Positions 40,783 to 51,706 are shown, counted from the stretch's first letter. The stretch: DNA of 64,000 nucleotides from Candidatus Eiseniibacteriota bacterium (GCA_963762255.1 CAVXKA010000002.1:704001-768000), one strand, 5' to 3'. Numbers and translations: made by a program. The notes: generated from the letters alone by a model not told the origin.

Positions 40783-41787
40783 ATGAAAACGCGCCTGTTC
40801 TGGCTCGCACTCAGCATCGCGCTTGCGGCCACGGGATGCGGCTCCATGGGGAGCAAGCTCCCTGAGGGCGCCGCGGCCACGGTGGACGGACAGACCATCA
40901 CCATCCCCGAGGTCGAGAAGGTCGCCCAGAACTTCCTCCGTCAGAACGTGCCCCCCGATTCCACAGTCGAGGGCGCAACCCGCCCCGAGCAGATCTACAA
41001 CACGGCGCTCGCGCGGCTGGTGGAGCAGAAGCTGCTGGAGAAGGCGGCGGAGAAGGCCGGCATCGTGGTGACCGAGGAGCAGGTACAGGGCCGGGTGGCG
41101 CAGCTCAAGGCGCAGGTCGGCGGGCAGGAGGCTTTCGTCGAGCTCCTCACCAAGAACAACGTGACCGAAGCCGACGTGGAGCGCGACATGCGCACGAACA
41201 TGCTCCTCGGCGAGTACTTCAACAAGACGATGGAGCAGAATCCCGGGGTCTCCGATGATGAGATTTCGGATTACTTCGACGGGCACCCCGAGTCGTTCGG
41301 CCCTCAGCCCGAGGTCCACGCCAGCCACATTCTGTTGATGGTCCCGGCGGGTTCCGACGCCGCAGCCAAGGCCGCAGTGCGGACGAAGATCGAAGGCATC
41401 CTGGCCAAGCTCCAGGGCGGCGCCGATTTCGCGCAGATGGCGAAGGACAACTCCGAGGACACCGGTAGCGGCGCCAACGGCGGAGATCTGAGCTGGTTCG
41501 GGCACGGGGCCATGGTCGCGCCCTTCGACTCCGCGGCTTTCGCCCTGGAGCCGGGCCAGATGAGCGGCATCGTGGAGACTCAATTCGGCTATCACATCAT
41601 CAAGGTGCTCGAGCGGCGCACCAGCGAGGGCCGGAACATCGAGGACGTCAAGGAGGGGATCCGGAGCTTCCTCAGCCAGGAAAAGGGCCAGAAGCAGTTC
41701 CGGGCGCGGGTGGATTCGCTCAAGGCGGAGGCCAAGGTCAAGACCGCCCCCCCGCCGGCGGAGGTCATCACCCGGTTGGGGTCGTAG
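40783..41787 (+). CDS. Parvulin-type peptidylprolyl isomerase lipoprotein (PrsA/SurA-like)
   Basis: Lipobox ATGC; HASHIL, GGDLSWF and VETQFGYHIIKV motifs. Confidence 0.9.
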   Translation: MKTRLFWLALSIALAATGCGSMGSKLPEGAAATVDGQTITIPEVEKVAQNFLRQNVPPDSTVEGATRPEQIYNTALARLVEQKLLEKAAEKAGIVVTEEQVQGRVAQLKAQVGGQEAFVELLTKNNVTEADVERDMRTNMLLGEYFNKTMEQNPGVSDDEISDYFDGHPESFGPQPEVHASHILLMVPAGSDAAAKAAVRTKIEGILAKLQGGADFAQMAKDNSEDTGSGANGGDLSWFGHGAMVAPFDSAAFALEPGQMSGIVETQFGYHIIKVLERRTSEGRNIEDVKEGIRSFLSQEKGQKQFRARVDSLKAEAKVKTAPPPAEVITRLGS

Positions 41788-41806
41788 CTCCCCCCCGTGT
41801 TGGGGG

Positions 41807-41836
41807 TTGCCGGGGAGGACCCCGGCGGGGTACACT
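41807..41836 (+). promoter_or_regulatory. Candidate sigma70 promoter of the small basic ORF
   Basis: TTGCCG-N18-TACACT. Confidence 0.45.
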
Positions 41837-41922
41837 CCTTCGCGCTTTGTCCCCGGCCCTAGAGGTCCGGGGTGGTGGGGCCCCGGCGCCCCGTTCATCG
41901 CAGGTCAGGATGGGAACGATTC

Positions 41923-42027
41923 ATGGGAAGTCTGATCAAGAAGCGGCGCAAGAAGATTCGCAAGCACAAGCTCAAGAAGCGCCGCCGCGCCAACCGGCAT
42001 AAGAAGCGCGAGCGCTACAAGGTCTAG
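41923..42027 (+). CDS. Small basic ribosomal protein, bS22/mS38 (AURKAIP1/COX24) family
   Basis: 34 aa MGSLIKKRRKKIRKHKLKKRRRANRHKKRERYKV; too short for the ORF track. Confidence 0.85.
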   Translation: MGSLIKKRRKKIRKHKLKKRRRANRHKKRERYKV

Positions 42028-42083
42028 ACGGCGCGCCCGCGGGAGCGCCCGCTGCGGCCTGTCGCCTCGGCATCGATCCAGAG

Positions 42084-42115
42084 AGAGGGGTCTCGCCCGT
42101 CGAGATCCCTCTTTC
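42084..42115 (+). terminator. Intrinsic terminator-like hairpin between convergent genes
   Basis: AGAGGGGTCTCG-cccgt-CGAGATCCCTCT followed by a short T run. Confidence 0.55.
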
Positions 42116-42135
42116 GTGTTCCTGGCGACGAGCGG

Positions 42136-42741
42136 TCAGCCTCGCTGGCTCTTCCCCCCGGCCAGCCGCTGGAGCGCGGTGCGGATGAGCGTCTCCGAGT
42201 CGGTGTCCGCCGCCGACTCCCTGGTCGCGCGCTGCACCGCGTCCTGCGCGGAAGGCCGCGTGTAGCCGAGCGAGACCAGCGCCGCCACAGCATCCGCTTC
42301 GGCGCGCCCCGCCGAGCCCTCGGCGGGTTCCGCCGCAAACTCCGAGAGCCCATCCTTGAGCTCCAGGCTCATGCGCTCGGCGGTCTTCTTGCCGATGCCG
42401 GGTAGCCGCGTCAGAAACGCGAGATCCTGCCCGCGCAGGGCCGCCACGAGCTGGGCGAGCGAGGGGACCGAGAGCGCGTTGAGCGCGATCTTGGGTCCGA
42501 TCCCCGACACCGCGATGAGTTTGAGAAAGAGGGTGCGCTCCTGCACGGTCCGGAACCCGTAGAGCGCGAGCGCGTCCTCGCGCACCACCAGCACGGTGTG
42601 CAGTGCGGTCTCCTCCCCCACCTCCCCCATCGCTTCCGATGCGGTGAGCGGTACCTGGATCTCCAGGCCGAGCCCGCCCATCTCGACGACCACGCGCGTG
42701 GCGTGCTTCTCGAGAAGTCGACCCCGGACATGCGCGATCAC
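42136..42741 (-). CDS. ruvA: Holliday junction branch migration protein RuvA
   Basis: VIAHVRG, VREDALALYGF, VSGIGPKIA, PGIGKKTAER and ALVSLGY motifs. Confidence 0.95.
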   Translation of the reverse strand: MIAHVRGRLLEKHATRVVVEMGGLGLEIQVPLTASEAMGEVGEETALHTVLVVREDALALYGFRTVQERTLFLKLIAVSGIGPKIALNALSVPSLAQLVAALRGQDLAFLTRLPGIGKKTAERMSLELKDGLSEFAAEPAEGSAGRAEADAVAALVSLGYTRPSAQDAVQRATRESAADTDSETLIRTALQRLAGGKSQRG

Positions 42742-43223
42742 CGGAGATTCCTCACTCCCGCGCGGTGCCAGTGGCAGAGCGCGGCGGCCAGGGCGTCCGC
42801 GGCGTCGGAGGCGGGCGTCTCCTTGAGCGCGAGCAGTCCGCGCACCATGAACGCCACCTGCTCCTTGGACGCGTTGCCGTTGCCGGTCACGGCCAGCTTG
42901 ATCTCCCTCGGGGCGTACTCGTGGACGGGAGCGCCCGCCACCCGAGCGGCCAGGAGCACGACTCCGCGCACGTGGCCGAGCACGAGGGTGGAGCGCGCGC
43001 TCTTGTGGTAGAACGCGGTCTCCACCGCGACCACGTCGGGGACGTGCTCCGTGATGACCGCGCTCAGGTCCTTGAAGATCGTGTGGAGCCGGTCGGGGAG
43101 CGAGAGGCCTCGCCCGGGCCGGACCGTGCCGAAAAGGAGGGCACGGCTCCGCCCCGGCCCCGCCTCGATGAGGCCGAAGCCCGTCGCCTGGCTCCCTGGA
43201 TCGATCCCCAAAATCCGTGTCAT
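42738..43223 (-). CDS. ruvC: Crossover junction endodeoxyribonuclease RuvC
   Basis: ILGIDPG, VAVE, GNGNASKEQV and DAADALAAALCH motifs. Confidence 0.95.
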   Translation of the reverse strand: MTRILGIDPGSQATGFGLIEAGPGRSRALLFGTVRPGRGLSLPDRLHTIFKDLSAVITEHVPDVVAVETAFYHKSARSTLVLGHVRGVVLLAARVAGAPVHEYAPREIKLAVTGNGNASKEQVAFMVRGLLALKETPASDAADALAAALCHWHRAGVRNLR

Positions 43224-43442
43224 ATCGACTGTTAGCCCGCCGCAGGCTACCACGGGTTCGGGCCCCCTGCAACCGCGCCGGGATGACGCGGAGACTACGA
43301 ACCGCTATACTGCGTCCGTCTGTTGGAGCGGTCCAATCCGCTCACGATTCCAGAGCGGCCCTCCCGAGCCCGACCCCCGTTGCGGAGTGGGCCGCCCCCA
43401 GTCGGGGTAGTCATCCGGAACGGAGGAAGGCTCACCGTGTTC

Positions 43443-46400
43443 ATGCCGGCCCGAATTTCTCACACGATCGCCGCTATTTCCATCGTCATGACCGCGCTTC
43501 TGGCCGGTCAGGCGGCGGCCACTCCCGTCACGTTCCGCTTCCCGGCACCGGCAAGCGCGCAGAGCGTGTCGGTGGCCGGGAGCTTCAACGACTGGAGCAC
43601 GTCGGCGGCGCCTCTCGCCAACCGCAACGGGGTCTGGGAAGCGACGATCGATATCGCCCCCGGCAGCCACCAGTACAAGTTCGTCGTGAACGGCACCCAG
43701 TGGCTCACCGACGAGAGCGCCAAGGAGTTCACCGACGACGGCTTCGGGGGAAAGAACTCCGTGCTGATCGTGGGCGGCGAAGCGATGACGGTTGGCGGCG
43801 GCGCTCCGGCCGGCGCCGCGGTGCCTGCCGGCGGTGGAGCTGCGGTCAAAGCACCCGCCGGAGGTGGAGCGGCCACGCCCGCGCCGCCGTCGGGCATGAC
43901 GCGGGTGACCTTCCGCTACCAACCGGCCCCCGGGACCCGCACGGTCTCCGTGGCCGGTTCTTTCAACAACTGGACTGTGGACGCCACTCCCCTTCAGGAC
44001 CCCACCGGCGGCGGGATCTGGGAAGCCGTTCTCGACCTCGCCCCCGGAACCTATCAGTACAAGTTCGTGATCGACGGCAGCACGTGGAAGACCGATGAGG
44101 CCGCGACCGAGTTCATCGACGACGGGTTTGGCGGCAAGAACTCCGTGCTGAACGTCGCGGGCTCGACGATGACGGTGGGCTCGAAGGCTGGGGCCTCACC
44201 CAAGCCGGTGAAGGACGGCGGCCCCACCCCCACCGCCGGGGCGACCACCTCGGTCACCTTCCGCTACCAACCGGTCATCGGCGGCGTGAACTCGGCGAGC
44301 GTGGCGGGTTCCTTCAACGGATGGGATGCGACCAAGAATCCGATGAGCGACCCCGACAAGGACGGCGTATGGGAAGCCACCGTCCTCCTCCCCGCCGGCA
44401 AGGTCGAATACAAATTCGTGGTGAACGGCGATCAGTGGTTTGCCGACGATTTCGCGCCGGATAGCGCGCCCGATGGGTTGGGCGGCCAGAACTCGGTGGT
44501 CCTTGTCGGCGCCAACCCTATGATCCTCGGCCCCGGCGGAAACGTCGCCGCCAAGGGAAACGCTCCTCCGGCAGGGCTCCGTCAGGTCACCTTCCGCTTC
44601 AAGCCGGCAGGCAAGCCCGCCTCGGTGATGCTGGCCGGCACCTTCAACGACTGGAACGTGGGCAAGACCCCGCTCAGCGGACCCGACAACGCCGGCGAGT
44701 ACACGACGACGCTCCTCCTGCAGGAGGGCGAGTACCAGTACAAGTTCGTGGCCGACGGCAACTGGACCACCGACCGCGATCACGCCGACAGCTTCGTGGA
44801 TGACGGCTTCGGCGGGCAGAACAGCGTCGTACGGGTGGATTCGCGCTTCCCGGCGGTGGAGGTCAAGCTCGGCGACGGCAAGATCTCCGGCGCCGGCATC
44901 GATCACGAGCAGACCTCGACCGAGGTCAACAACATGGGCGGAGGGCACGTCGAGATCACGTTCCGCTCCCACCGCGGCGACATCGAGGGCATGGACCTCT
45001 TGATTCGCGAGGGATCCGCCGAGCGCTCGGTGGGCATGACCCCGGCCGGCCAGGACGGGGCGTTCCAATACTGGCGGGGCACGGTGGCTGCTGCGGACGC
45101 CTTCGATTACCTCGCCGCTTACAAGGACGCGGCGACGGTCGAGTACCTGACCGCATCGGGACTGACCGCGGCGCGGCCCGCACCGGATGCCTGGTTCCAC
45201 TTCACATCGGTCGCGTTCCCGCCGTTCGAGACTCCCGATTGGGTCAAGGACGCGGTGATCTATCAGATCTTCCCGGACCGCTTCAAGAACGGGAACCCGG
45301 CGAACGATCCCGACTTCAGCGCGTGGTACTACCAGGGCAAGACCTCGCTCCCCTCGTCGGGCAAGACCAATGACGAGTACTACCACCTGGTCACGGACTG
45401 GAGCGACATCGCCGGGCCTCGTACATAGCCCCTATCGGACGGACGGCGAAGCCCGACTACTTCTCCTTCTACGGAGGGGACATCGCGGGGGTGCGCGAGG
45501 GACTGGACTACCTGCAGGATCTCGGCGTCACGGCGATCTATTTCAACCCGACCTTCGAGGCCAAGTCGAACCACAAGTACGACTGCGCGGACTACCTGAA
45601 GCTCGACCCCGCGTTCGGCACCAACGACGAGTTCAAGGCGTTCGTCCAGGACGCGCACGCGAAGGGGATCCGCATCGTCCTCGACATCGTGTTCAACCAC
45701 TGCGGAAACGCGCACTGGGCCTTCGCGGACGCCGTGAAGAACGGGCCGCAGAGCGCCACCTACAACTGGTTCGAGTTCAAGAAGTGGCCGCTGCCCGACC
45801 GGTTCGGGACCGGCGGGGCCAAGCCCGAGGACTACTACCAGTGCTGGTGGGGATTCGGCGATCTGCCCGACCTCAACTTCGATCTCTCGCGCGCGAACCC
45901 GCAGGAGAACGGGATCAGGAACATCGCCGACGCCCAGCCCAATCAGGCGCTTCTCGATCATCTGAGCAAGGTGACGGCGCTATGGATCGGCGAGATGGAC
46001 TGCGACGGGGTGCGTCTGGATGTGCCCACCGAGGTGCCGTTCTGGTTCTGGACCCGCTTCAATCGCGAGGTCAAGGCGCTGAAGAAGGACGCCTACATCG
46101 TCGGCGAGCTCTGGGGTAACGCCGCCGACTACGTGGGGCCGACCCTCTTCGACGCCACCATGAACTACGCGTACTTCCGGGATCCGGTCACCAAGTTCCT
46201 CGGCCAGGGACGCGGCACCGCTGAGGAGTTCGACCGCACCATGGCCACCGGGCGGAACGCCTACCCCACCCAGGCGGTGCAGGTGATGATGAACCTGGTG
46301 GGTAGCCACGACACCGTCCGATACCGCGAGCAGATCGGGGGCGACCCCAAGCGGGTCAAGCTCACCGCCCTCTTCGCCATGACCTACGTGGGCGCGCCGC

Positions 46401-46798
46401 ACATCTACTACGGCGACGAGATCGGCATGATGGGGGGCAAGGACCCCGACTGCCGCCGCCCCTTCCTATGGAACTGGAAAGAGAACGCCGACCGCGTGGA
46501 TCTCCACGACACCTATCGTGCGCTCGGTAAGGCGCGCGCAGAGCATGTCGCGCTCCGCCGCGGGGACTTCACCGCACTGGTGACGAAGGGGCCGGTCTAC
46601 GCCTACACGCGCAGCGCGGGCGATGACCGCGTGGTGGTGGCGCTCAATACCGGAGCCGCGCCGGCCACGGTGACGCTGGATGCCAAGACGTTGGGCGGAG
46701 CGACCGAGGGGGTGGACATGCTCACCGGGAAGCCGGTGAGCCTCGCCGCGCCCATCGCTCTCGATCCGGTCTCCGGGATCGCGGTCGTGCTGAAGTAG
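43443..46798 (+). CDS. Secreted GH13 alpha-amylase/neopullulanase-like enzyme with four CBM48-like domains (frameshift near 45415)
   Basis: Signal peptide; 4x AG(S/T)FN.W...YKFV..G.W; YQIFPDRF, SNHKYD, LDIVFNH, DGVRLDV, VGELW, GSHDT and IYYGDE motifs. Confidence 0.9.
43527..44840 (+). repeat. Four intragenic carbohydrate-binding module repeats
   Basis: Units start VTFR(F/Y) at about 43527, 43905, 44253 and 44586; each ends DG(F/L)GG(K/Q)NSV. Confidence 0.85.
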
Positions 46799-47069
46799 CG
46801 CTGCGGCTCTTCAAGCGGTTCGACGCGGGGCGGGGCCGAGAGGCCTCGCCCCTTGCGCTGTCTCGCGCGGCGGTGCGCTTGTTGGGATTCAGGGCCGGCG
46901 GACTAGCTTGATGAAACGAGTTCGTTGGAACATGAGGCACTTTCCTCGGGGCAGTCCCGAGAGAGAAGTCCCTTCGGGGAGGACGACATGCCGGCTATGA
47001 TAATCTCGTGCATGGGACGTTCCTGGCGCTGACCGGTGGAGTTCTGCTGCGCAGACTTGCGGGGTGGCA

Positions 47070-47757
47070 ATGGGCACTCTTGTCCGGTTGAAACGGTCCT
47101 TGCATGCGCACTTGGATGAAGCCGGCCGGTATAACTTCATCCGGATACTTCCTCCCGGAGCCCGTCTGCTGGATGTGGGGTGTGGGAATAGGAGCGCCTC
47201 CCGCTTCAAGGCGTATCGCGGTGATCTCCACTACGTTGGGGTCGATATCCAAGACTACAACATTGGTGACGCGGACAGAGAACCTGATGGATGCCTACTT
47301 CGTGTGCTCACCTGACTCTTTTTCTGATGGAATCCTGTCCCTGGGAGGGGCCTTCGATGCAGTGGTGTCCTCACACAACCTGGAGCACTGCGACAGCCCC
47401 GTGGCCGTCCTGGAAGCCATGTGCCGCTCCGTCAGGGAGGGGGGCCTCCTGTATCTCGCCTTTCCATCCGAGGCAACCGTGGGGTTCCCACATCGGGAGG
47501 GGTGTCTCAGTTTTCATGACGATGGTTCCCACCGCCATCTCCCCAAGTTCGAGAGTGTCCTGGGAACGCTGATATCCCGGGGATTCCGGGTAGAGCGCCA
47601 AGTACGAAGGAACCGGGGCACGATGAGAGTGCTATGGCTTCTCGGAGCTCTCCAAGAGCCCTGGTCACGCTGGCGGGGTCGAGTGCTCAGGGGAACCTGG
47701 TACTTCTGGGGATTCGAGAGCGTCATCGTGGCCAGGAGGATCCAGGCGGGGCAATGA
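47070..47757 (+). CDS. Class I SAM-dependent methyltransferase (frameshift near 47280)
   Basis: LLDVGCG and YVGVDI in one frame; FDAVVSSHNLEH and GGLLYL in the next. Confidence 0.75.
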
Positions 47758-47983
47758 ACCGGGAGATGGAGGACGCGGTTGCCGAGCAGTACAGCCAGCC
47801 ACGCGATCGATGCCGTCGGGGTGCGAATACGGCTCGCGTCCACAGTCCTCGAAGATCGCGCGAGGTCAAGTTGCCCAGGACACCACCGCCAATGGAGGGA
47901 GGATATAATCTGCACAACCCGCGGTTGCCCGCAACTCTAACGCACCGAACGGGAATTGCATCCCGCGCAGGCGCAAGCCCTCC

Positions 47984-49162
47984 CTAAAGCTCCGTACCCC
48001 GGCTATCAGGCGTCGCACCCCCTCCGCGAACACCTGCCGTCTCACCGATGAGGCTCAGCACGACCAGATCCTCCTCGGCGAAGTCGTAGAAGTACCCCGG
48101 GTGGACGAGCACTCCGTCCTCGCGCAGTAGGCGCATCGCGGTCTCGTCGTCGGCGCACCCATGGGGAAGCCGCACCAGGCCGTACCATCCGGCATCGCAC
48201 GCCAGCATGGACAGCGGTCCACCCGCGCACGCGGCTTCGAGCGACGCGCGCATTGGTCTCCGACGCGCGCCCGCACCTGATCCTGGATCGCGCCTGCGCC
48301 GCGCGAGAAGCTCCGGCGCCGCGTGCTGCACCGCTGTCCCCACGGAGAGATAGGTGTCGGTGACGAGGTCGAGTCGCTCGCGCGCCTCGGCCGCGATCGG
48401 CCCGGGTCCGCTCACCACGATCCACCCGAGCTTGACCTGAGGGAGCGCCACGACCTTGGAGAGGCCGCTCAGCGTGAAGGTCAGCGCACCGCGGTTTCCC
48501 ACGGCGCTCACCGGCGAACCGGCGCGGCCTTCGCGAGGGTAGTCCAGAAACACCTCGTCCACGACGAGCCCCGCGCCGCGCTCGCCGCACAGGTCGGAGA
48601 GAAACGCAAGCTCTTCGGGCGCGAGATAGGAGCCGGTGGGGTTGTTCGGGCTCACCGCCACGATCGCGCGCGTCCGCGGTCCCATCGCCGCGCGCACGCT
48701 CGCGCGGTCGAGCGACCAGCCTCCGGTCGGCGTGAACGCCAGGCGGTATGGCACCGGCACCAGCCCTTCGAGCGCGGTCAAGTGCTCGAAGAGCGGATAG
48801 CTGGGTTGGGGAACAAGGATTTCGTCGCCCGGGTCGGCCAGGAGCTTGAACACGAACGCGTACGCCTCGCTCGTGCTCGCGGTGAGAAACACGGTGTCGG
48901 GATCGACCTCGCGACCGTGGTCACGGTAGTAAGCGGCCACCGCGGCGCGCGCCGCGGGGAGACCTCTCGGAGAGGGCTCGTAGAGAAGCGCCTCCGGGCG
49001 CGCCCAGGCGGCGAGGATGGCATCGGTCTCGTAGCGGAAGCCGACTCGCGTCGGGTTGGTCTCGGTCAGGTCGAGGACGCGCTCCCCGCGCGCGCGCCGC
49101 GCCTCGACCTCGGCCATGAGCGGGTTCTTCTCGGAATCGTGTGGAACTCGGGTCGAGAACAT
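47984..49162 (-). CDS. PLP-dependent aminotransferase class I/II
   Basis: PSYPLF, SPNNPTG, VVDEVF and LSGLSK motifs; possible compensating indels near 48260-48300. Confidence 0.88.
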   Translation of the reverse strand: MFSTRVPHDSEKNPLMAEVEARRARGERVLDLTETNPTRVGFRYETDAILAAWARPEALLYEPSPRGLPAARAAVAAYYRDHGREVDPDTVFLTASTSEAYAFVFKLLADPGDEILVPQPSYPLFEHLTALEGLVPVPYRLAFTPTGGWSLDRASVRAAMGPRTRAIVAVSPNNPTGSYLAPEELAFLSDLCGERGAGLVVDEVFLDYPREGRAGSPVSAVGNRGALTFTLSGLSKVVALPQVKLGWIVVSGPGPIAAEARERLDLVTDTYLSVGTAVQHAAPELLARRRRDPGSGAGARRRPMRASLEAACAGGPLSMLACDAGWYGLVRLPHGCADDETAMRLLREDGVLVHPGYFYDFAEEDLVVLSLIGETAGVRGGGATPDSRGTEL

Positions 49163-49169
49163 GATCCTC

Positions 49170-50265
49170 CTAGCGCGACTCGGTGCGCTCGCCCGCGGGA
49201 TCCGCGGCGAGCAGGCTTCGCATTCGCGTCTGCAGATGACGCCCGCGCGTCTCTCCCGCGAGATCGATGCGGCTCACGCGATCCCCGTGCCGTGCGAGCC
49301 AGGTCAGGGCGATCTCGGCGAGCGCCGCGGCTTCGTTCGCGCGTGAGCCGAGTCTCCGGCTCGCCCGGCGCCCATCCGCTCTCGCCGTCCAGGAATCGAC
49401 ACGTGCGTTCCCACAACGCGGTCGGAACTCGGGGCGAGCGACGCACACGCTCCCAGTGAAACCGACCGTCGCCGGCAACCAGGCACGCTTCCACGCAGCC
49501 CGCCACCGACGAAGGAAGCGCAAGGAGGACGACCGCTCGTCGCCATGCCCCCCGAGGGCGGCGGTGTACGCGCTCCTGACGATTGAGGGGCGGCAGCCCG
49601 CGGCACAGCCGCCTCTGCTCGCGCACAAGTGCCTCGAGATCGCTCCCCGCTTCTTCCCACGCGAGATCCACCGCCCGCTGCGCCAATTCACGGCTCTTCT
49701 CCGGCTCGACGGCGCTCGATCCGAAGTGGCGCGGCACGCGATGGCGCAGCGACCGCGCCTTCCCGACGTAGAGCGCGCTCCGGTCGGCGGCGATGAAGGT
49801 ATACACGCCCGGCGTCGCAGGAAGGCAGGTGATGACCTCGGCCACACCGGGCGAGGGATGCCAGCCGGAAGGAGCCGGAGCCGGGGCAGCCAAACGCGCG
49901 GCCAGCGCGGCCATCACCTTGCGGCCGAAGAGACCCGGATCTTCGATATCGTCGAGATCCGCCGCCAGCGCGCGGGCGAGCTGCGCCGCCGTGCGCGGGG
50001 CCGCGAGCCCCAAGCGCTGCAGCACCGTGCCGAGCGGGAACGACGCTCCGCCCCGCTCGCGCACCGCGTCCAGGAAACGCGCCGCGCCAGGAGACCATGC
50101 GAAGCGCGTGGGCCAGTACGCGAAGAGAGCCTCGGGCGGCACCGGCCGAGGCCACGCTTCCATCCCCGATGTGATCGTTCCGTCCTCGGCGCGCGCGGCA
50201 ACCAGGGTCGCGTTGCTCTGCGCGCTCGGTTGAACGGCCAGGATCAGCGGCGGAAGTTCGGTCAT
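49170..50265 (-). CDS. GIY-YIG nuclease domain protein (UvrC/Cho N-terminal-like); frameshift near 49340
   Basis: LPATPGVYTF, LYVGKARSLRHRV, SDLEALVRE and PPLN motifs. Confidence 0.75.
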
Positions 50266-50297
50266 GCCGGCCTCGGCGTCCAGGGCGGCGGCCCGGC

Positions 50298-51236
50298 TCA
50301 GGCCGGCCCGGGCTCGAGCGCGGGCCACTTCGGCCAGCACACGCGTCGGAACCCGCAGCGCGCGCACACGCCGCGATCCTCGGTGGGAGAGAACCGATCG
50401 ATCTCGGCGAGGTTCGCGTCGGGGTCGGTCAGGAGCGCCTTCATCTCCCGGATCGAGCCGCGGATGTGTTCGACCCCCTCGCCGAGCGCGCGCTCGTCGA
50501 GAGTCACGATCTCCACGTCGCCGGTCAGCAGGTAGTGCAGCTCGCCGATCGCCCGTTGGGGGTCGATCCCCCACTTGTCGCGGGCGAAGAGACCGTAGCA
50601 GACGAGCTGCATCCGGTTGCTCTCCTCCCCCGGGCGGCCGCTCTTCCAGTCGATGAGAAGCGCGTTCCCCTGATCGTTCTTGAGCGCGAAATCGGGGGCC
50701 ACGTAGACGCGCGTTCCTTCGAAGTCGAACGAGTCGAGCGAGTCGATCGGGAGCCAGTTCTCGATCCGAGTCTCCAGGATGATGCGGCGCACCTTCGAGT
50801 CGAAGAAGTGGGTGAGGCAGGCGAACACGCGATCGCGCATGCGCTGCCATTCCTCATCCGAGAGATCCTCGGCGTACTCGTGCTCGAAGAGCCCGACCGC
50901 GTGCTTGGGACGACGGCGGTACTCCCCCGCGCGGGACTCGGCGAAGCCGCGGCGGAGCCTCTCCAGCGCCCCGGCCTTGGCCTCGTCGAGGGTGGTCTCG
51001 CGGCCGTAGCGGTGGCGATTGAGCGTATCGGCCACGATCTCGTGCACGACCTGGCCGGCGAAGGTGTAACGGTTGCCGAGCTGTTTGAGGATGTAGATCT
51101 CGCGGGCAAGCGGATCGCCGTCGGCGCGCCATCCCCCCCAGGAGCCGTAGTGACGGAAATAATAGGCGCGCCGGCACTCCGAAAAAGCGCGATGCCGCGA
51201 GTTCGACCAGGAGAACTCGTTCTTGATCTCGGTCAG
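50298..51236 (-). CDS. PD-(D/E)XK nuclease (RecB/AddB/Cas4-like) with 4-Cys motif
   Basis: WSNSR..FSEC, GQVVHE, APDF, LIDWKSG, QLVCY and CARCGFRRVC motifs. Confidence 0.85.
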   Translation of the reverse strand: MTEIKNEFSWSNSRHRAFSECRRAYYFRHYGSWGGWRADGDPLAREIYILKQLGNRYTFAGQVVHEIVADTLNRHRYGRETTLDEAKAGALERLRRGFAESRAGEYRRRPKHAVGLFEHEYAEDLSDEEWQRMRDRVFACLTHFFDSKVRRIILETRIENWLPIDSLDSFDFEGTRVYVAPDFALKNDQGNALLIDWKSGRPGEESNRMQLVCYGLFARDKWGIDPQRAIGELHYLLTGDVEIVTLDERALGEGVEHIRGSIREMKALLTDPDANLAEIDRFSPTEDRGVCARCGFRRVCWPKWPALEPGPA

Positions 51237-51706
51237 GGCTCTTCCTCGGGATCCGGCGCGGCGAAGCCGTCGGCGAGGAAGCTCGCGATGGACATGCGCC
51301 CCCGGAATCCCCCTTCGAGGGTGTGCCAGGCTCGGATTCCCCTCTCCCCTTGCTTCCAGCACAGGAGCACGAGGTGTCCGTCCTTGAGCGCGAAGAAGTC
51401 GATCAGCCCCTGCTGGAACGACTTCGGGAGACAACCGGACTCGGCGATTTCCCCTTGCAGGGACTGAATCTCCTCGAGCAGCGCCTTCTCGAGACTCCGC
51501 AGGCGGTTGTATTCGCGCACGTCGGGGTTGGACTCGTCGCCTCCTGAGGCGGAGACGAGCCGCAGCACGCTGATGTCGTGCCGGCAGGCCTCGAAGCGGG
51601 ATTGGATCTCCTGCATCCGGGCCAGGCGGTCCTGGATGAAGGGGAGGAGCGCCTCGGCCTGCTCCAAGGTGAAGAGCTTGGGACCCAGATTGCGGGAGCG
51701 CGTCAT
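51233..51706 (-). CDS. DUF2203-like protein
   Basis: FTLEQAEALLP, GLIDF, LLCWKQGE and WHTLEGGFRGR motifs. Confidence 0.85.
   Translation of the reverse strand: MTRSRNLGPKLFTLEQAEALLPFIQDRLARMQEIQSRFEACRHDISVLRLVSASGGDESNPDVREYNRLRSLEKALLEEIQSLQGEIAESGCLPKSFQQGLIDFFALKDGHLVLLCWKQGERGIRAWHTLEGGFRGRMSIASFLADGFAAPDPEEEP

Noticed and set aside
43527-44840. DNA repeats as a CRISPR or tandem array
   Set aside because: They are in-frame protein domain repeats.
45410-45430. Programmed ribosomal frameshift in the amylase gene
   Set aside because: No slippery heptamer, and similar indels occur throughout the window.
46938-46950. Minus-strand GAGGAAAGT resembling the RNase P RNA 5' core
   Set aside because: Lacks the following CC and the complementary 3' conserved segment.
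50298-51236. Cas4 indicating a CRISPR-Cas locus
   Set aside because: No repeat-spacer array or other cas genes seen; treated as a stand-alone PD-(D/E)XK nuclease.
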